Source: an uncultured bacterium (GTDB lineage Bacteria > Verrucomicrobiota > Verrucomicrobiia > Limisphaerales > UBA8199). Taken from it: a stretch of 64,000 nt of DNA. The notes under the pieces are model-generated. The model had not been told where the DNA came from. It searched no databases and saw nothing but the letters and a program-made list of their open reading frames with translations. Every line of letters starts with the position of its first letter. Positions within the stretch are counted from its first letter, which is position 1. This document shows positions 17,868 through 29,200 of this stretch, in pieces. The position numbers and the translations under genes are program-made. The stretch covers positions 448,001-512,000 of the forward strand of contig CAVVMW010000004.1 of NCBI GenBank assembly GCA_963749495.1. Direction: 5' to 3'.

Positions 17868-19604
17868 TTGGCCTTCACGATGTGTCGAAGCCAGGATCTC
17901 GAATACATTGACCCCCTGCGTGCCTCGTCATATTATCCGGCCATGGATGCGAAACTCAGCCCGGCTTCCAGGCATCTTCTCGCCGCCCGTATCAGATCCG
18001 ACCAGGAACTTCCTTTCCCTCGCGGCGGTTTCGCAATGGCAGGCCGGCAGGACGCCTGCGATGCCAAGCGGGCCGGCTGCCCCACTGTGCGCGGATACAG
18101 GGAGTCAGGCCCAGCGCCGGTCCTGATAGCCCTGCTTGTGATGCTCCTGGCAATATCAGGGGCATCAGCAACGGAGGAAACGCCGGCTGCAAGGCAGGGT
18201 GGAGTGGGTGCTTGGGGCGCGGTCACGAACGGCCTGCAAAGCCGGCTATTTCTGGAACGGGCGGTGTTCAAGCCGGATGAGCCTATTCTCGTGAAGGTGC
18301 TGGTGAGGAATGTCACGGATAGGCCGGTTCGCTACGACGGACGCTATAGCAATTCCTGGCAGGTGTTTCCTCCCGGTCCAGGGGGCAGGCCTGCTCCGGA
18401 CATCTCCCAAGGGGCCCAGACGGTGCTGTCTCGACAAAAGTATGAGTACCCGACCATTGCTCCCGGGCGGGAGGTCGAGGTCGCTTCTATGCCACTGGAC
18501 CGTGTTTATTGGCACTTATGTGAACCCGGCAAATACCGGGTCCGCTGGGAGGGCACCTCGGTGCAGCCGCCGGGAGATGATGCCGCGAGAGCATGGACGA
18601 ACTATTTCTGGGTCGCGCGAGGGAGTTCCGAGGAACGAGAGGCGCAGAATCGCGCCGCGCGAGAGGCGCACCAGAGGGCGCTTGACGAAGCGCGGCGGAT
18701 CGCTGTAGGGCTGCCGCCGGTTGAACCGGTTGAGATCGAAATCGTGCGAGTGCCCGGGGTCTATCCGGCTCGCGGCGTGATCGTTCGAACAGTGGAGGTC
18801 CTTCCGCCCGCCTGGAGAATTGACGGGGTAGAATTGGAGTCCAAGGCTGCCCAACCGCAAGGGCGAGAGCGCGGCAGCGGGTCTGTTTTACGCCTGATGT
18901 CGTACTACGGGGGCGGGGAGAAATACCAACCCATCATGCACCTGCAGGTGATGGCCCGGCGGGCTGCGGAAGATCCGGCGATGGGAGCAAACGGCAAACC
19001 GGCCGCACGTTACCTTGGCAAAGGGCCTTACGGCTACGTGTACTTGGATGAGCCAAGCGGCCGGATGCGGTGCTTATGGCACCATGCCGCTTACGACTTG
19101 GCCGCCGCCCTCGAAGTGAACGACCCCCCTCCGGTGAAACCCGCTGGTCCGGATTGGGGCAGGATGATCAGCCAGGTGCTGAGTGATTCAATGATTGACT
19201 CGCACAAAAACTGGAGTCACTACGCGCCGAGAAACGCTCCCCTCTGGTATTTTGTTGTCCGATCTGATCTCTCCGCTGGAGAGGCGGGAAGGCCTTTGCT
19301 TTATTACGACTCGACAAAGACGGGCTTCTCGGAAGGAGACACGCGGGAACGCGCAAAGGCAGGTGACACAAGCCGTTACCTGGTTGCCTTGTCAATCCAA
19401 CCTATTGGCCCGGCGGAGCCTCCGGGGATAAAGGAAGCCGACCAGTCGATCCACTGGGACGGAGTCTCCCCCAGCCGGAGTTACCGCGTGAAACGCTTGG
19501 GCGTGGATATCCTGTTGGAGGTCCGAAGTCAAGACCAGGAGTTCGCGCGGAAACTCAACGATTTCCTGGAGCGCGCCCTGACGTCGGTCCTCAGCGGTGC
19601 GTGA
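17868..19604 (+). CDS. secreted hypothetical protein (true start probably downstream, ~17943-18040)
   Basis: Long ORF; signal-like VLIALLVMLLAISGASAT followed by WGAVTNGLQSRL...EPILVKVLVRNVT Ig-like pattern. Confidence 0.7.
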   Translation: MAFTMCRSQDLEYIDPLRASSYYPAMDAKLSPASRHLLAARIRSDQELPFPRGGFAMAGRQDACDAKRAGCPTVRGYRESGPAPVLIALLVMLLAISGASATEETPAARQGGVGAWGAVTNGLQSRLFLERAVFKPDEPILVKVLVRNVTDRPVRYDGRYSNSWQVFPPGPGGRPAPDISQGAQTVLSRQKYEYPTIAPGREVEVASMPLDRVYWHLCEPGKYRVRWEGTSVQPPGDDAARAWTNYFWVARGSSEEREAQNRAAREAHQRALDEARRIAVGLPPVEPVEIEIVRVPGVYPARGVIVRTVEVLPPAWRIDGVELESKAAQPQGRERGSGSVLRLMSYYGGGEKYQPIMHLQVMARRAAEDPAMGANGKPAARYLGKGPYGYVYLDEPSGRMRCLWHHAAYDLAAALEVNDPPPVKPAGPDWGRMISQVLSDSMIDSHKNWSHYAPRNAPLWYFVVRSDLSAGEAGRPLLYYDSTKTGFSEGDTRERAKAGDTSRYLVALSIQPIGPAEPPGIKEADQSIHWDGVSPSRSYRVKRLGVDILLEVRSQDQEFARKLNDFLERALTSVLSGA

Positions 19605-19647
19605 CGCGGGAAAGCGGGACGATCAGATTGGGTCGTGCTGCCCTTGT

Positions 19648-19831
19648 TGTCCCGAAGGGACTGCCCGACAATAGCCCGGTGCTTCAGCGCCGGGAACGGC
19701 GGTTTAATCGTGAGCCCGTCCCGAAGGGGCGGCAGAATGCGCCTCAGGCGTCCCTTCGGGACGCAGGCTCCTCTGGACGTCGGACCCGGCGCTCAAGCGC
19801 CGGGCTATTCTCGTGATGTCCCGCCGGGACA
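19648..19831. repeat. REP/MITE-like palindromic element, family B (gtcccgaagggac...cccggcgctgaagcgccgggcta)
   Basis: Internal palindromes and inverted ends; same architecture as 25126-25378. Confidence 0.8.
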
Positions 19832-19942
19832 GGCTCTTGAGCCGGCCTATCACTCATGGCGAAGTCAAATTCGGTCCACGACCTGAACAGGCTCTTGTGC
19901 GCATCACTGGACCAAGGCCCCCTCTCCTCTCCCCGCAGGATG

Positions 19943-21382
19943 TCATCGCTCGGGCGAGGGATACTGTTCGGGGGCTTTGCCGGCGGACTCGATTACCTCC
20001 GGCTGCGTTAATATGGACGGTTGGGCCTCAACGTTCTCCAGACGCACCTTGAACCGCCAATAATCGCCGTAATCGAACGTGAAGAGCATGTCGTCTTTGA
20101 GCCCCAGATCGGTCTCGCCGACCAAAATTTCTGGCGTCCAAGGGCCATCGTCGGTGTAGGGGTGATTATACACTCGGCTCCGGCCGCGCTGGTCGCGGTA
20201 GCGGAAGTCGTAGAGGTGATCCTCATCGAGCTTGAAGGCATCGAGGATCGCCCCGGCCAATTCATCCAGGGAGGCGTCTGCCGGCACGGCCAGCCGGCGC
20301 CAGATGCCGCCGCCTCCTCCTCGCCAGCCGGTGAGGCTGACCTTGAAAATGTGGGTCCCCGTCCGGACTTCGCGCTTCGCCCGCGCATAGACGGTTTGCC
20401 ATTCCGGGAAGTAAGGTTGGAAAATCGCTTGCAGCGTTCCAAACCGGGCCTCCGGCCCGGGTTCATCCGGCGTTTCGTCCGGCTCCATTTCCTCTTCGTC
20501 GGATTCCATGCCGCCCGAGCCGCCACGCTGCCCGGCTTCAGCCTGGCCTGAGGCTGGAAGAAGGTCTGCTTGCGGGATTTCGAGCGGCTGCTCGCCCGTG
20601 CCCGGGGCGGCTTCCCCGGTCTCCGCCTCGTCGGCGTCCAGGTCACTCTCTCTCCAGAACTCGATCAACCCCCAGGTGACTGCTGTCCCCCACGGCGTGA
20701 GCCTGGCGCCGCCGATATGCCAACCGCGTCCGCCAAAGTCCTGCCGCTCCTCCTCCCGGAACGGTCGCGGCCGGATCTCGATGAGGCCCAATTGCTGCTG
20801 CAGGAACAGGTTCCAAGGTGGAATCTCGCCGTGAGGCCCCAGAGTGGAAGCGGACTCGTAGGGACTAAAATTCCGCCAGTGGTCGCTCAACTGGCCCAGA
20901 AACCGCGGGATCGTTTCGAGGGCCGGCTCCTCCTCGCGCCTGCGCTCGCCGCCCAGCACCGATGATTGGGCCTGGAAGATCAGCGCCTCGAGCAAGGCAA
21001 AATACTGCTCCGTCGGGTTCAAGCTCGGCCAAAACTCCAGGGCTGTGGGGCCAAGAACCAGGCGTTTGCCCTTCACCTCGAGCAGGTCCATTACGCGCAG
21101 CAGAATAAAAAGTCCCGCCAGGTTCGGGTAATCCTGGAGGAGGGCGCGCTTCAAGGCGAGCTTGACGGGATGGCTTATTTCGGCGTTAAGTTCCGGCAGC
21201 CGTTCGGCTGGAAACGTTGCGTTGCGGCTCTTGGTGACGATGCCCGCGGGACCAACGAACTCGAAGCAAAGTGCGAATGTCCTTCAGAATTGTGCCGGGA
21301 TTCCCGGGCACGATTTGTTGTTCGGTCAGCCGCCGTCGACATTCCTCAGCGAGGCCTTCCCATCGTTTCCTGGCCCTGCCAT
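19943..21382 (-). CDS. plasmid pRiA4b ORF-3 family protein (N-terminus frameshifted at ~21270 and ~21355)
   Basis: C-terminal IWRRLAVPADASLDELAGAILDAF..DHLYDF..FTFDYGDYWRFKVRLE; upstream frames continue LTEQQIVPGNPGTILKD/EFVGPAG. Confidence 0.8.
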
Positions 21383-21668
21383 CAAACGCGTAGATAAAAA
21401 ACATACATGTTCCTTGCGTTGAACCTGCCCACACCGCGCAGGCCGCTCCACTGATCTCCTGCTCCGGCAAGCGGGACGAATGCCAGGGCGCACTGGTGAA
21501 TCTTGCGCGCTCTTGCCCGCCTTCGCAAGTTGTTGCTTGAAACCCAAATCCGCGGCTTATCAAACGGAATACGCGGTTCTCCATCTTCGCTCGATTGGCG
21601 CGAGACTTGAGGTGGCTGGATACTCCTGATCTTTTTCGCACTGGAAGGCCGTTAGGCGAGGATTTGGG

Positions 21669-21705
21669 GGCGTGCTGCCCGGCGGAAAGGGCCAGGTCCG
21701 TCCTC
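21669..21705 (+). repeat. third copy of the 37-bp terminal part of the island direct repeat
   Basis: ggcgtgctgcccggcggaaagggccaggtccgtcctc matches 17781-17817 at 35/37. Confidence 0.8.
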
Positions 21706-22071
21706 TCCAGGAACCGACGCCGAGCCCGAAGGTTTTGGGAATTCTTTCAGGGCGCGCCTAATCCTGCGGGGGCATGTTCCCAGGGCATCGGCCTGACGGC
21801 CTCAGCCCTGGGCTGGACTCTGCCGGCCCTTTGGGCCGGACATCCATCCCGACTGCGTAGCCTGGAGAACCCTATTTCTGCGCATGCTTGCTGACCACCC
21901 AGTGCAGCGCGGCCTCTTCGCCGGAGATCTTCCCGCGATCGACGTAACTGATCCAATTGGGGATGGGATCCAGTGTGGCAAGGTTTATGCTCTGCTTTCG
22001 AGGCGTTCTCGTCTCTTGTGGTCCGCCACGGGAGTGCCAACAGCCGGCACTCAACGGGAAAACTCGAGTTT

Positions 22072-22950
22072 ATGGCACATGTCCTCGGAGAATCAGGCAG
22101 ATACGTCAGCCAGGAATCGGTCCGGAAACGGCGGGCAATGCTGGGGTGGGTGATGCGTTTGATGGTCTTGGTCGGGCTAATCGGGGGCTTTTTGCTCCGG
22201 GGTCTGTTCCCAGGCCTGACCATTTGCTCCTGGGCAGGCATCCTCGCCAGCATCGTTGCGCTGATCCTCATGTGCGGCGTGGGCAATTGGGCTCTCAGGA
22301 GGGCGGAGGAGTTGGACAGAGAGCGGGTTGACTTCGCCAGCGGAGCGGACGGCGAGAACTCCGTGGCGGCCATCCTGGAGAGGTTCCCGGATGAATTCCG
22401 TGTCATCAATGACCTGACTACCCCATGCGGCAATCTGGATCACGTGGTTGTTGGGCCCACCGGTGTATTCTGCCTGGACACCAAGAACTGGCGAGGGGTG
22501 GTCTCTGCCGATGGAAGAGGGGAACTGCTCTGCAACGGAAAGCCCCTGGACAAACCCTGCGTGCGGCAGTTTGTTGGCCGGGTGATGGGAATAAAGGACA
22601 GAGTCAAAGCCCTTGCGCCTGGTCTCGACCCATATTTCAGGACCGTCTTCGTCTTCACCTCCGCCCGTGTTGATGCCAATTGGGGAACCACGGGCAACCT
22701 TCACTGCATCCGGGACAGCCAGCTTTTCAGCTACATCGTGGAGAGCCAGGTGGGCAAGAGACTGGCGAAGGAGGAGGTGAACAAAATTGCCCAGGCGTTC
22801 CTCGGCCTGGCGCACATGGACACGGACTTCACCGGCAAGACTGGGGGAAACGGCAGGCTGCGGATCTCGGCTATTGTGCAGAGGCCAGGCGATAGAGTGA
22901 ATCCTCCCCTGAACAGACTGAAGGCGAGCACAGGGCGGTTGCGGGGTTGA
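22072..22950 (+). CDS. membrane-anchored NERD (nuclease-related domain) protein
   Basis: Two TM segments, then GADGE..VAAIL, VINDL, NLDHVVVGPTGVFCLDTKNW. Confidence 0.85.
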   Translation: MAHVLGESGRYVSQESVRKRRAMLGWVMRLMVLVGLIGGFLLRGLFPGLTICSWAGILASIVALILMCGVGNWALRRAEELDRERVDFASGADGENSVAAILERFPDEFRVINDLTTPCGNLDHVVVGPTGVFCLDTKNWRGVVSADGRGELLCNGKPLDKPCVRQFVGRVMGIKDRVKALAPGLDPYFRTVFVFTSARVDANWGTTGNLHCIRDSQLFSYIVESQVGKRLAKEEVNKIAQAFLGLAHMDTDFTGKTGGNGRLRISAIVQRPGDRVNPPLNRLKASTGRLRG

Positions 22951-23141
22951 TGGAGGAGCAGATTGCCCCATTGAGGAATTGGGCGAAGGGGAGGGCCAGA
23001 TTAGCAACAACTGGTCGGGTTGAACGCAGGGAGAGGAAGAGCAACGAGGGAGGAAGGCGAGGAGAGCGGCAACTCACGCCGCCCAGGACATAGCCCGGGA
23101 GTTTCACACCTCACGGGCACAAAGGAGCATGGGTGGGCATC

Positions 23142-24581
23142 TCAGCCGGAAATCGGCACCACTGGGATATTGGCAAGTTGACCGTAGGCTTTAAACGTCC
23201 GCTCCAGGTTACCCAACACGAACAACTGGTGGAAACCCTTCACGTCGCGCGTGTCGGCCACGTTGTCCAACTCGATTTCCACCGCCGTGCGGCAACAGCC
23301 GGATGGCGGCTGGTCAATGTTGGAGACGACGCGACCGGTGCCGATCATGATGGACAGCGGGTGCACATTGGCCTGGAGAATCGTTAGTGGCTTGCCTACC
23401 GGCCACAATACCTGCGGCGCAACCCCGGTGCGGGTGTGATAGTTGCGAAGGAGGAAAGGCGCCCGGTAGGGCTGATCGAAACCTTCCAAGCGCAACGGCG
23501 AGGTGCAATGAGCGCCAATCAGCGTATTGTTGACGGTGTTGGGGGAGGGATCTTGCTGAAAACAGGGCCGCTCGAAGAGCAGGTGTGTCATGAGCATGCC
23601 GATCGTCGCGTTGCCATCCTGCTCGCAGGCGGCGACGATCCCTTCGTCCCGCAGCTTGGAATAGGCCATGCACACTGGGTTCTTCCAACCGAGGCAGTCA
23701 ATGGCGATTCCCTGGCAGCCTTCCCGTTCCATCAGCCGGCGACAGACGACGTAATTCTTGGCCGCCTCGAGTATGTCCGCAGCGTTCGGCTCAAGGATCT
23801 TGCGGGCCTGCTGGCTATAGGAACTGGCCAGCGAACGGACTTCTTCGGTGACGGCAACCTGGCTGAACTCCTCCGCGAATCGCGCTTTGGGGATCCAGTG
23901 AAACACGGTCCCCAGGCCCTCGATCACCTGGTCGCGGGTGGCAGTGCCCGCGACGAACAGAATGCGTGTGTTTTTGATCCGCCAGATCGCGCTGAGCAGG
24001 CTCGTGGCTGTGGTCAGCCAGCCGACATCCTGGGTCGCGCCGACATAGACGCGCGGTGTGCTGCGCCCAATTTGAAGCTGGGAGGTGAACCCGGTGAGGT
24101 TGCTATAGATGATGGTCGGAATGTCGCCTCGACGGGTGACGATCTCGTTAACCAGTCCCCACAGGGTAAGTTCCATCGCGCAGACCAGGAGGCCATCTGG
24201 CGGCGAGTTCTTGAACTGGACCAGGAACTCGCTGACCTCCTCTGGCTTCTCCAGCGGCTTGTCCCGCACCGCCAAGCGAACATCGAACCGCTTGGCGGCG
24301 TTCCGGAGGGTCTCAGTGAACAGAGCTTGCTGGGCTTTGACGTCGCAGTTGCCTCCGGGCCAGCTCACTACCGGGGTTTCCTCCGGACGGACGAACACCA
24401 CCTGGATGACCGGCTGGCCGGCAATTCTGGGCGCCTGGCCAAACAAACGAGCAGTGAAATCGAGCCATCCCATTTGTGCGGCGGCCGTCACGATGGTGGC
24501 GCGGGCCGTTCTATTCAGGAAACCACGCCGGCTGAAGGTTGCCGGACATCTTGTTGCGTCACACGTTGCACAAGTCTGCAT
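23142..24581 (-). CDS. Tat-exported L-fucose/L-arabinose isomerase-like protein
   Basis: SRRGFL Tat motif; IAIDCL, AACEQD, LIGAHCT, CCRT, GFHQ pattern. Confidence 0.7.
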   Translation of the reverse strand: MQTCATCDATRCPATFSRRGFLNRTARATIVTAAAQMGWLDFTARLFGQAPRIAGQPVIQVVFVRPEETPVVSWPGGNCDVKAQQALFTETLRNAAKRFDVRLAVRDKPLEKPEEVSEFLVQFKNSPPDGLLVCAMELTLWGLVNEIVTRRGDIPTIIYSNLTGFTSQLQIGRSTPRVYVGATQDVGWLTTATSLLSAIWRIKNTRILFVAGTATRDQVIEGLGTVFHWIPKARFAEEFSQVAVTEEVRSLASSYSQQARKILEPNAADILEAAKNYVVCRRLMEREGCQGIAIDCLGWKNPVCMAYSKLRDEGIVAACEQDGNATIGMLMTHLLFERPCFQQDPSPNTVNNTLIGAHCTSPLRLEGFDQPYRAPFLLRNYHTRTGVAPQVLWPVGKPLTILQANVHPLSIMIGTGRVVSNIDQPPSGCCRTAVEIELDNVADTRDVKGFHQLFVLGNLERTFKAYGQLANIPVVPISG

Positions 24582-24731
24582 AAGACGGATGCGGTTAAGC
24601 CTGCCGGTTGCGTTCCGCGCGGGCCGCTGAACTCTGGCAGCACACTATCAGAACCCGGCCCTTGAAGGCAATGCGCTTTTTGCCAAATTGCTTGCTGATC
24701 CGGGGAGTCGCGCTTATGTTGGGTCCGAAGC

Positions 24732-25001
24732 ATGAACGAGCGACTACCGCGATCCGATTCCAAGCTTTGCCCGGTTTGCGGCGCCAAGATTCCATTTTCG
24801 CTCGCGCTGCACATGGCCGCAGCCCATTCTCCCGAGGCCAAAAGGAGGAGCGCGCAGGCTGCCGATGAGGCCTTGCCGTATGGCCAGGGTGCGGCTCAGC
24901 AACAGTCGCGGTCAAAGTCTCCGTCAGGTTCGAAGAGGCGGGAACACCCCCGCGGGGCCAAGGCGGGATTCATGCGGAGGCAGGGAACCGGACGGCCTTG
25001 A
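24732..25001 (+). CDS. small basic protein with C2H2-like zinc finger
   Basis: CPVCG-x9-H-x4-H followed by a Lys/Arg-rich tail. Confidence 0.45.
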   Translation: MNERLPRSDSKLCPVCGAKIPFSLALHMAAAHSPEAKRRSAQAADEALPYGQGAAQQQSRSKSPSGSKRREHPRGAKAGFMRRQGTGRP

Positions 25002-25125
25002 AGCCGTGGGCTCTTGGCCAGGCTCCTCGCCGTTGCCAGCCCGTAACTGTTCAGGCGCGCATCCACACACCTGGCTCGGCATCACAGGGGCCCCGCCAGT
25101 TTTCACCGGGTTTGAAGTCAGTTGT

Positions 25126-25378
25126 TGTCCCGGAGGGACAGCCCGACAGTAGCCCGGCGCTTTAGCGCCGGGGCAAGCAGTTTAGTCACGTCCGTCCCGA
25201 AGGGACGGCGGAATCGAGCCCCTGTCATCCCTCTGCTCCTGGTTGCACTGCGCTTTGAGCACTCATGAGCGCCACTCCCCTGGGTTGAGCTTCAAGCGTC
25301 CCTTCGGGACGCAGGTTCTTTGGGCGTCGTACCCGGCGCTGAAGCGCCGGGCTATTCTCAGGATGTCCCTCCGGGACA
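25126..25378. repeat. REP/MITE-like palindromic element, family B
   Basis: tgtcccggagggaca...tgtccctccgggaca inverted ends; homologous to 19648-19831. Confidence 0.8.
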
Positions 25379-25549
25379 GAGCTCAAAAGCCGTTCCCGTG
25401 TGGACGTTCATGTCAAACCGGTCCGGCACATGAACAGTTGCGCCAGCCCGGCCGGCAATTCCGCAAATCGCCAGGCGGCTCCTTGCTGAAAATGAAAATG
25501 GCGGAGGAACTGGCTCCTCCGCCTGGTCAAACCATTTCAGATCGTCGAA

Positions 25550-25882
25550 TCAGTAACGATCTCGGCCGCCGCCACCCCCACGGCCACGACCGCCGTAACC
25601 GCCGCGCCCTCCACCACCACCTCCCGGGCGTTCTTCCTTGGGCCTCGCGATATTGACGGTGATGGCCCGGCCGGCAAGATCTTTGCCATTCAGCCCGTCA
25701 ATGGCTTTCTGCGCTTCCTCCGGCGTGCTCATGGTGACGAAACCGAACCCGCGAGGGCGGCCGGTGGCACGATCCATCATCAGGTTGGCTTCCACGACCG
25801 TGCCGAACGCCGCAAAGGCGTCCTGCAGATCATTTTCAGTGACGTTGAAGGAAAGATTTCCCACAAACAACTTTGCACTCAT
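25550..25882 (-). CDS. RRM (RNP-1) RNA-binding protein with glycine-rich tail
   Basis: LFVGNL (RNP2), RGFGFVTM (RNP1), RGG tail. Confidence 0.95.
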   Translation of the reverse strand: MSAKLFVGNLSFNVTENDLQDAFAAFGTVVEANLMMDRATGRPRGFGFVTMSTPEEAQKAIDGLNGKDLAGRAITVNIARPKEERPGGGGGGRGGYGGRGRGGGGGRDRY

Positions 25883-26154
25883 CTGTTTTTTGTATTGTCC
25901 TGCATAGTTCTGCCCTCGCCATACTGTTCCCGCGGATCGGGTTTCAAATCATCACTGAACCGGGTTCAACTAACGATTTCCATGTACTGGAGCGCTAACC
26001 TGTCAGGGTCGCAGTAAGTGTGACCTGTTTCGCAGGAATTGCAAGCTTTATTCATCCGGTCACCCACCCCCGGGCGCAACCGGACACCGCCCCCAAATCC
26101 TGTTGCTTCCGCGCAGAGCGCGGCACTCGTCTGCCCCAAAGGGGCAGTATATAT

Positions 26155-26208
26155 CAGCCCAGGGCAAGGCCCGCCGGAGCGCAGCGCAGGCGGGCCGCCG
26201 CCCTGGGT
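26155..26208 (+). repeat. 54-bp REP-like repeat, perfect inverted copy at 39549-39602
   Basis: cagcccagggcaaggcccgccggagcgcagcgcaggcgggccgccgccctgggt. Confidence 0.85.
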
Positions 26209-26236
26209 ACCGCTCTCACAGCCAATTTCGCGTGCA

Positions 26237-29200
26237 TCAGGGCTTTACGATGGCCGGATAAGAACCCCCGACCCGAGCCCAAGGCACGGCTGGGGACAGG
26301 CCGGTTTTGGATTCCAAGATGAAGCCGGCGGAAATGGCGGGCCACAAACCGGTCGCGGAGTTGGTGCCCAGTTGGATGGACGGCGTCTGCCCCGGTGAGA
26401 CCATGGTCACGCCCGAATAGGCCAGCCGGAAGTATTTCTGGAATTGCAGGCCCGCCTTGGGCTCGGCGTGCTGGTAATAGCCGCCGAGGAGATAATAGGG
26501 GCCGGCGACCGGGTTCCAAGCCGGGGCGGGCAGGTTGTCCGCCGATTGCAGCGTGAAGCCCGCAAAGTTCGTGCTCCAATAGACCACCACCGCGCTCGCG
26601 TCCTCCCGGATGAAAAGTCCGAGCGGCTCTGTCACGACGGGCGTCGTGGACGGCGCGACCACAATCGAACCGGCAAAATCAATCGCGTCGCCGGGTGTCG
26701 TCGGCAGCAAGATGGGCGCACCATCACATTCCGCGTGATCCGGCGTCAGCGGAATCAACCACAGTCCGTTGGTTCCGAAAATCGTGCCGGCGCTGACGAG
26801 GGTGGAATCATCCGGCGACCAGAGCGCGCCGTGCGGAAAACCATTCGTCGTATCGGTGAAGCCGCTGATCTGGAGCAAGCCGCTGCCGTCGGGATGCACG
26901 AGCCAGAGATTTTTTCCCGCGTTCGCGTTGGTGTTGTTGCCGTCGGCGAAAACCAGATCGGCGCCGTCCGGCGACCACGCCGGCCAGGATGCTCCCGGCA
27001 CCGTGGAAACAATCCGCTGCCGTCCGCTGCCGTCGGCGTTGGCCATGTAAAGTCCGGCCAGCGCGCCATTCGGATTCAAATTGTGAAACGCCACGCGGCC
27101 ATCCGCCGGATTGCGCACCGGCGCTTCGTCAAAGCAGTCGGCGTTGAGCAACGCGCTCAAACTGCCGTTGGTGTTCAAGTCCCAGATGCCGCAGGCATAA
27201 TCCAGCAGCAGCGCAGTCTCATTGGTTTCCCAATCATAGCCGGTGATGTAATTGGAATTCGCGAACAGGCGGCTTTCCGTTCCCGACTGCAAATCCCGGA
27301 GCCAAACGTTGCCCTGGTTTCCAAACGGAGTTCCCTCGCGCAAAAACGCGAGCCAGCGGCCGTCCGCCGTGACGCGAGGGCGCGCGCCGGTGGTGACGTA
27401 AGTGTCGCCGCTGCCGTCGAGATTGATCGCCCAGATCGTGCCGAGGTCGGCCGCCGAGCGGCGGCCATAAAAGATCGTCCCGTCTTGCGAGAGGATGAGT
27501 TGATTCGTGCTGAAAACGGGCGGCGTGTTGGTGTTGGTTGGATCAATGACCACCGGCGTGCCGCTGCCACTAGTGGCCGGACTGGCCAGCGAGTAACGGG
27601 CGGTCTGGAGGCCGGAGCGGGTGCCAAAAATGTTGGTTCCATAAAACGCAATCGCCGCGTCGTTGGTGATGAAAAATGGCGCCGAGTAGGAATGCCACGA
27701 ATCCGCGCTGCCAGTGCGGCAACGAACGCCGGCATTGAAAGTCGCCGGGAATGAGAATGAAATGCGGAGCGGACTGCCATAGGACCCGGGCGGAGGTGAA
27801 ATCGTGACGGGAATCGTTTCCGCGGCGCGCGGCGCGCTGTAGCTGAAAAGTGAAATGGCCGGACTGTATTGATTGGCGAGGCCGAAAGCGGAGCCGGTGG
27901 GCGGCACGCCGAGATTGTTGGTGGAGATGTTGCCGAGGCCATTGGTTGAGCCGGCGTCGGCCTCGGTTGGCACCTGCACCGTGCCCGGAAGTCCGCCGAC
28001 GCCATCCGCCCAATCGGGCGAATTGAGCGACGCGATGAAGCCCGGCGAACGGTTCACGAACGGCTCCAGTTGAAACAACCAGACATTCGCCCGAGTATTG
28101 CCCGAACTGACGCCCGGCAGGTTGGAGGCGCTGATCTGGGTGAAACTGGTGCCGTCGAATTGCAGCACCTGCGCGTGAACCGAGGTGGCGCCGCCCGGCG
28201 GCGCATCCAGCAGCGCGAACAATCCGTTCGTCAGCGGCACGACGCCGACGAACCCATTGCCCGCCGCGCCGGCGCCGGTTTGATATTTTGCCGACAACGC
28301 CGGCGAGCCGCCCGGCAGCGTCAGTCCTTGCACGCCGTCGCCAAACTGGATGATCGCAGTGCCGTCGCTGGCACCGAGGTTGACGGTGAACACACCCTGC
28401 ACGGCTTCGCTTAACGCGACACTGAGCGACGGGCCGAAAGCGTACGCGCCGTTGGTTTGCAGGAGCGCAACGATGGTCAGATTGGACCCGCCGCGCTGAT
28501 AAAAAATGAAGCGCGGCAGCGCCTCGCCGTTGAAATTGCCAAACGCGTAGTCACTGCCCGGCGGGAGATTGCTGAACACCAGCATGACTGCCGGCGAGTT
28601 GGTGAACTGCCAGACGTGCAATTCGTCGTTCGTCGCGCCGCGCGCCAAGCCGACGGCGAAGGTGGCGGTGTTGGTGTCGAGATTCAGTTCGTTGAGCCGC
28701 TCGAACGAATTGCTTTCGGGGAGCAACCCGTAATACGTCGGCATGCCGAACCACTGCAAAAAGTCCAGTTGCTCGGCGGGCGCATCGTTGAGGGAACTTG
28801 CGATCAAAAGAAACGGCAGGCCGGGGGCGTTGGGCATCTGCGGCAACGCCAGGCCGGCCACGGCGTGCGGCCCGATGCCCCGCGGCGTCAGGGAATTCGG
28901 CGCTCCGGCGGAGTTGGTTTGCGAAAGATCGACGAGATTGACGTGGTTGGCGGCCGGCGCGGTGACGGCGATGGAATCATTCGTCGGCGCGAGAAAATGT
29001 TCGATCCCCAGCCCGGTGACATTTTCGAGGCCCGTGACGAGCGGCGCGGACCAGATCAATCCGCCGTTGCCGTCGGAGTAGCCGACGCGCGCCATTCCGG
29101 TGAGCTTGTCCAGCACGAGCACGTCGGGAATGCCGTCGCCGTTGAAATCGCCGGCGGAGAAAAATTCCGCCGGCGATTCATAGACGAACGCGGCCTGCGC

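Noticed and set aside
19648..25378. CRISPR array suggested by recurring palindromes
   Set aside because: No regularly spaced identical repeats with unique spacers and no cas genes; the elements are REP-like.
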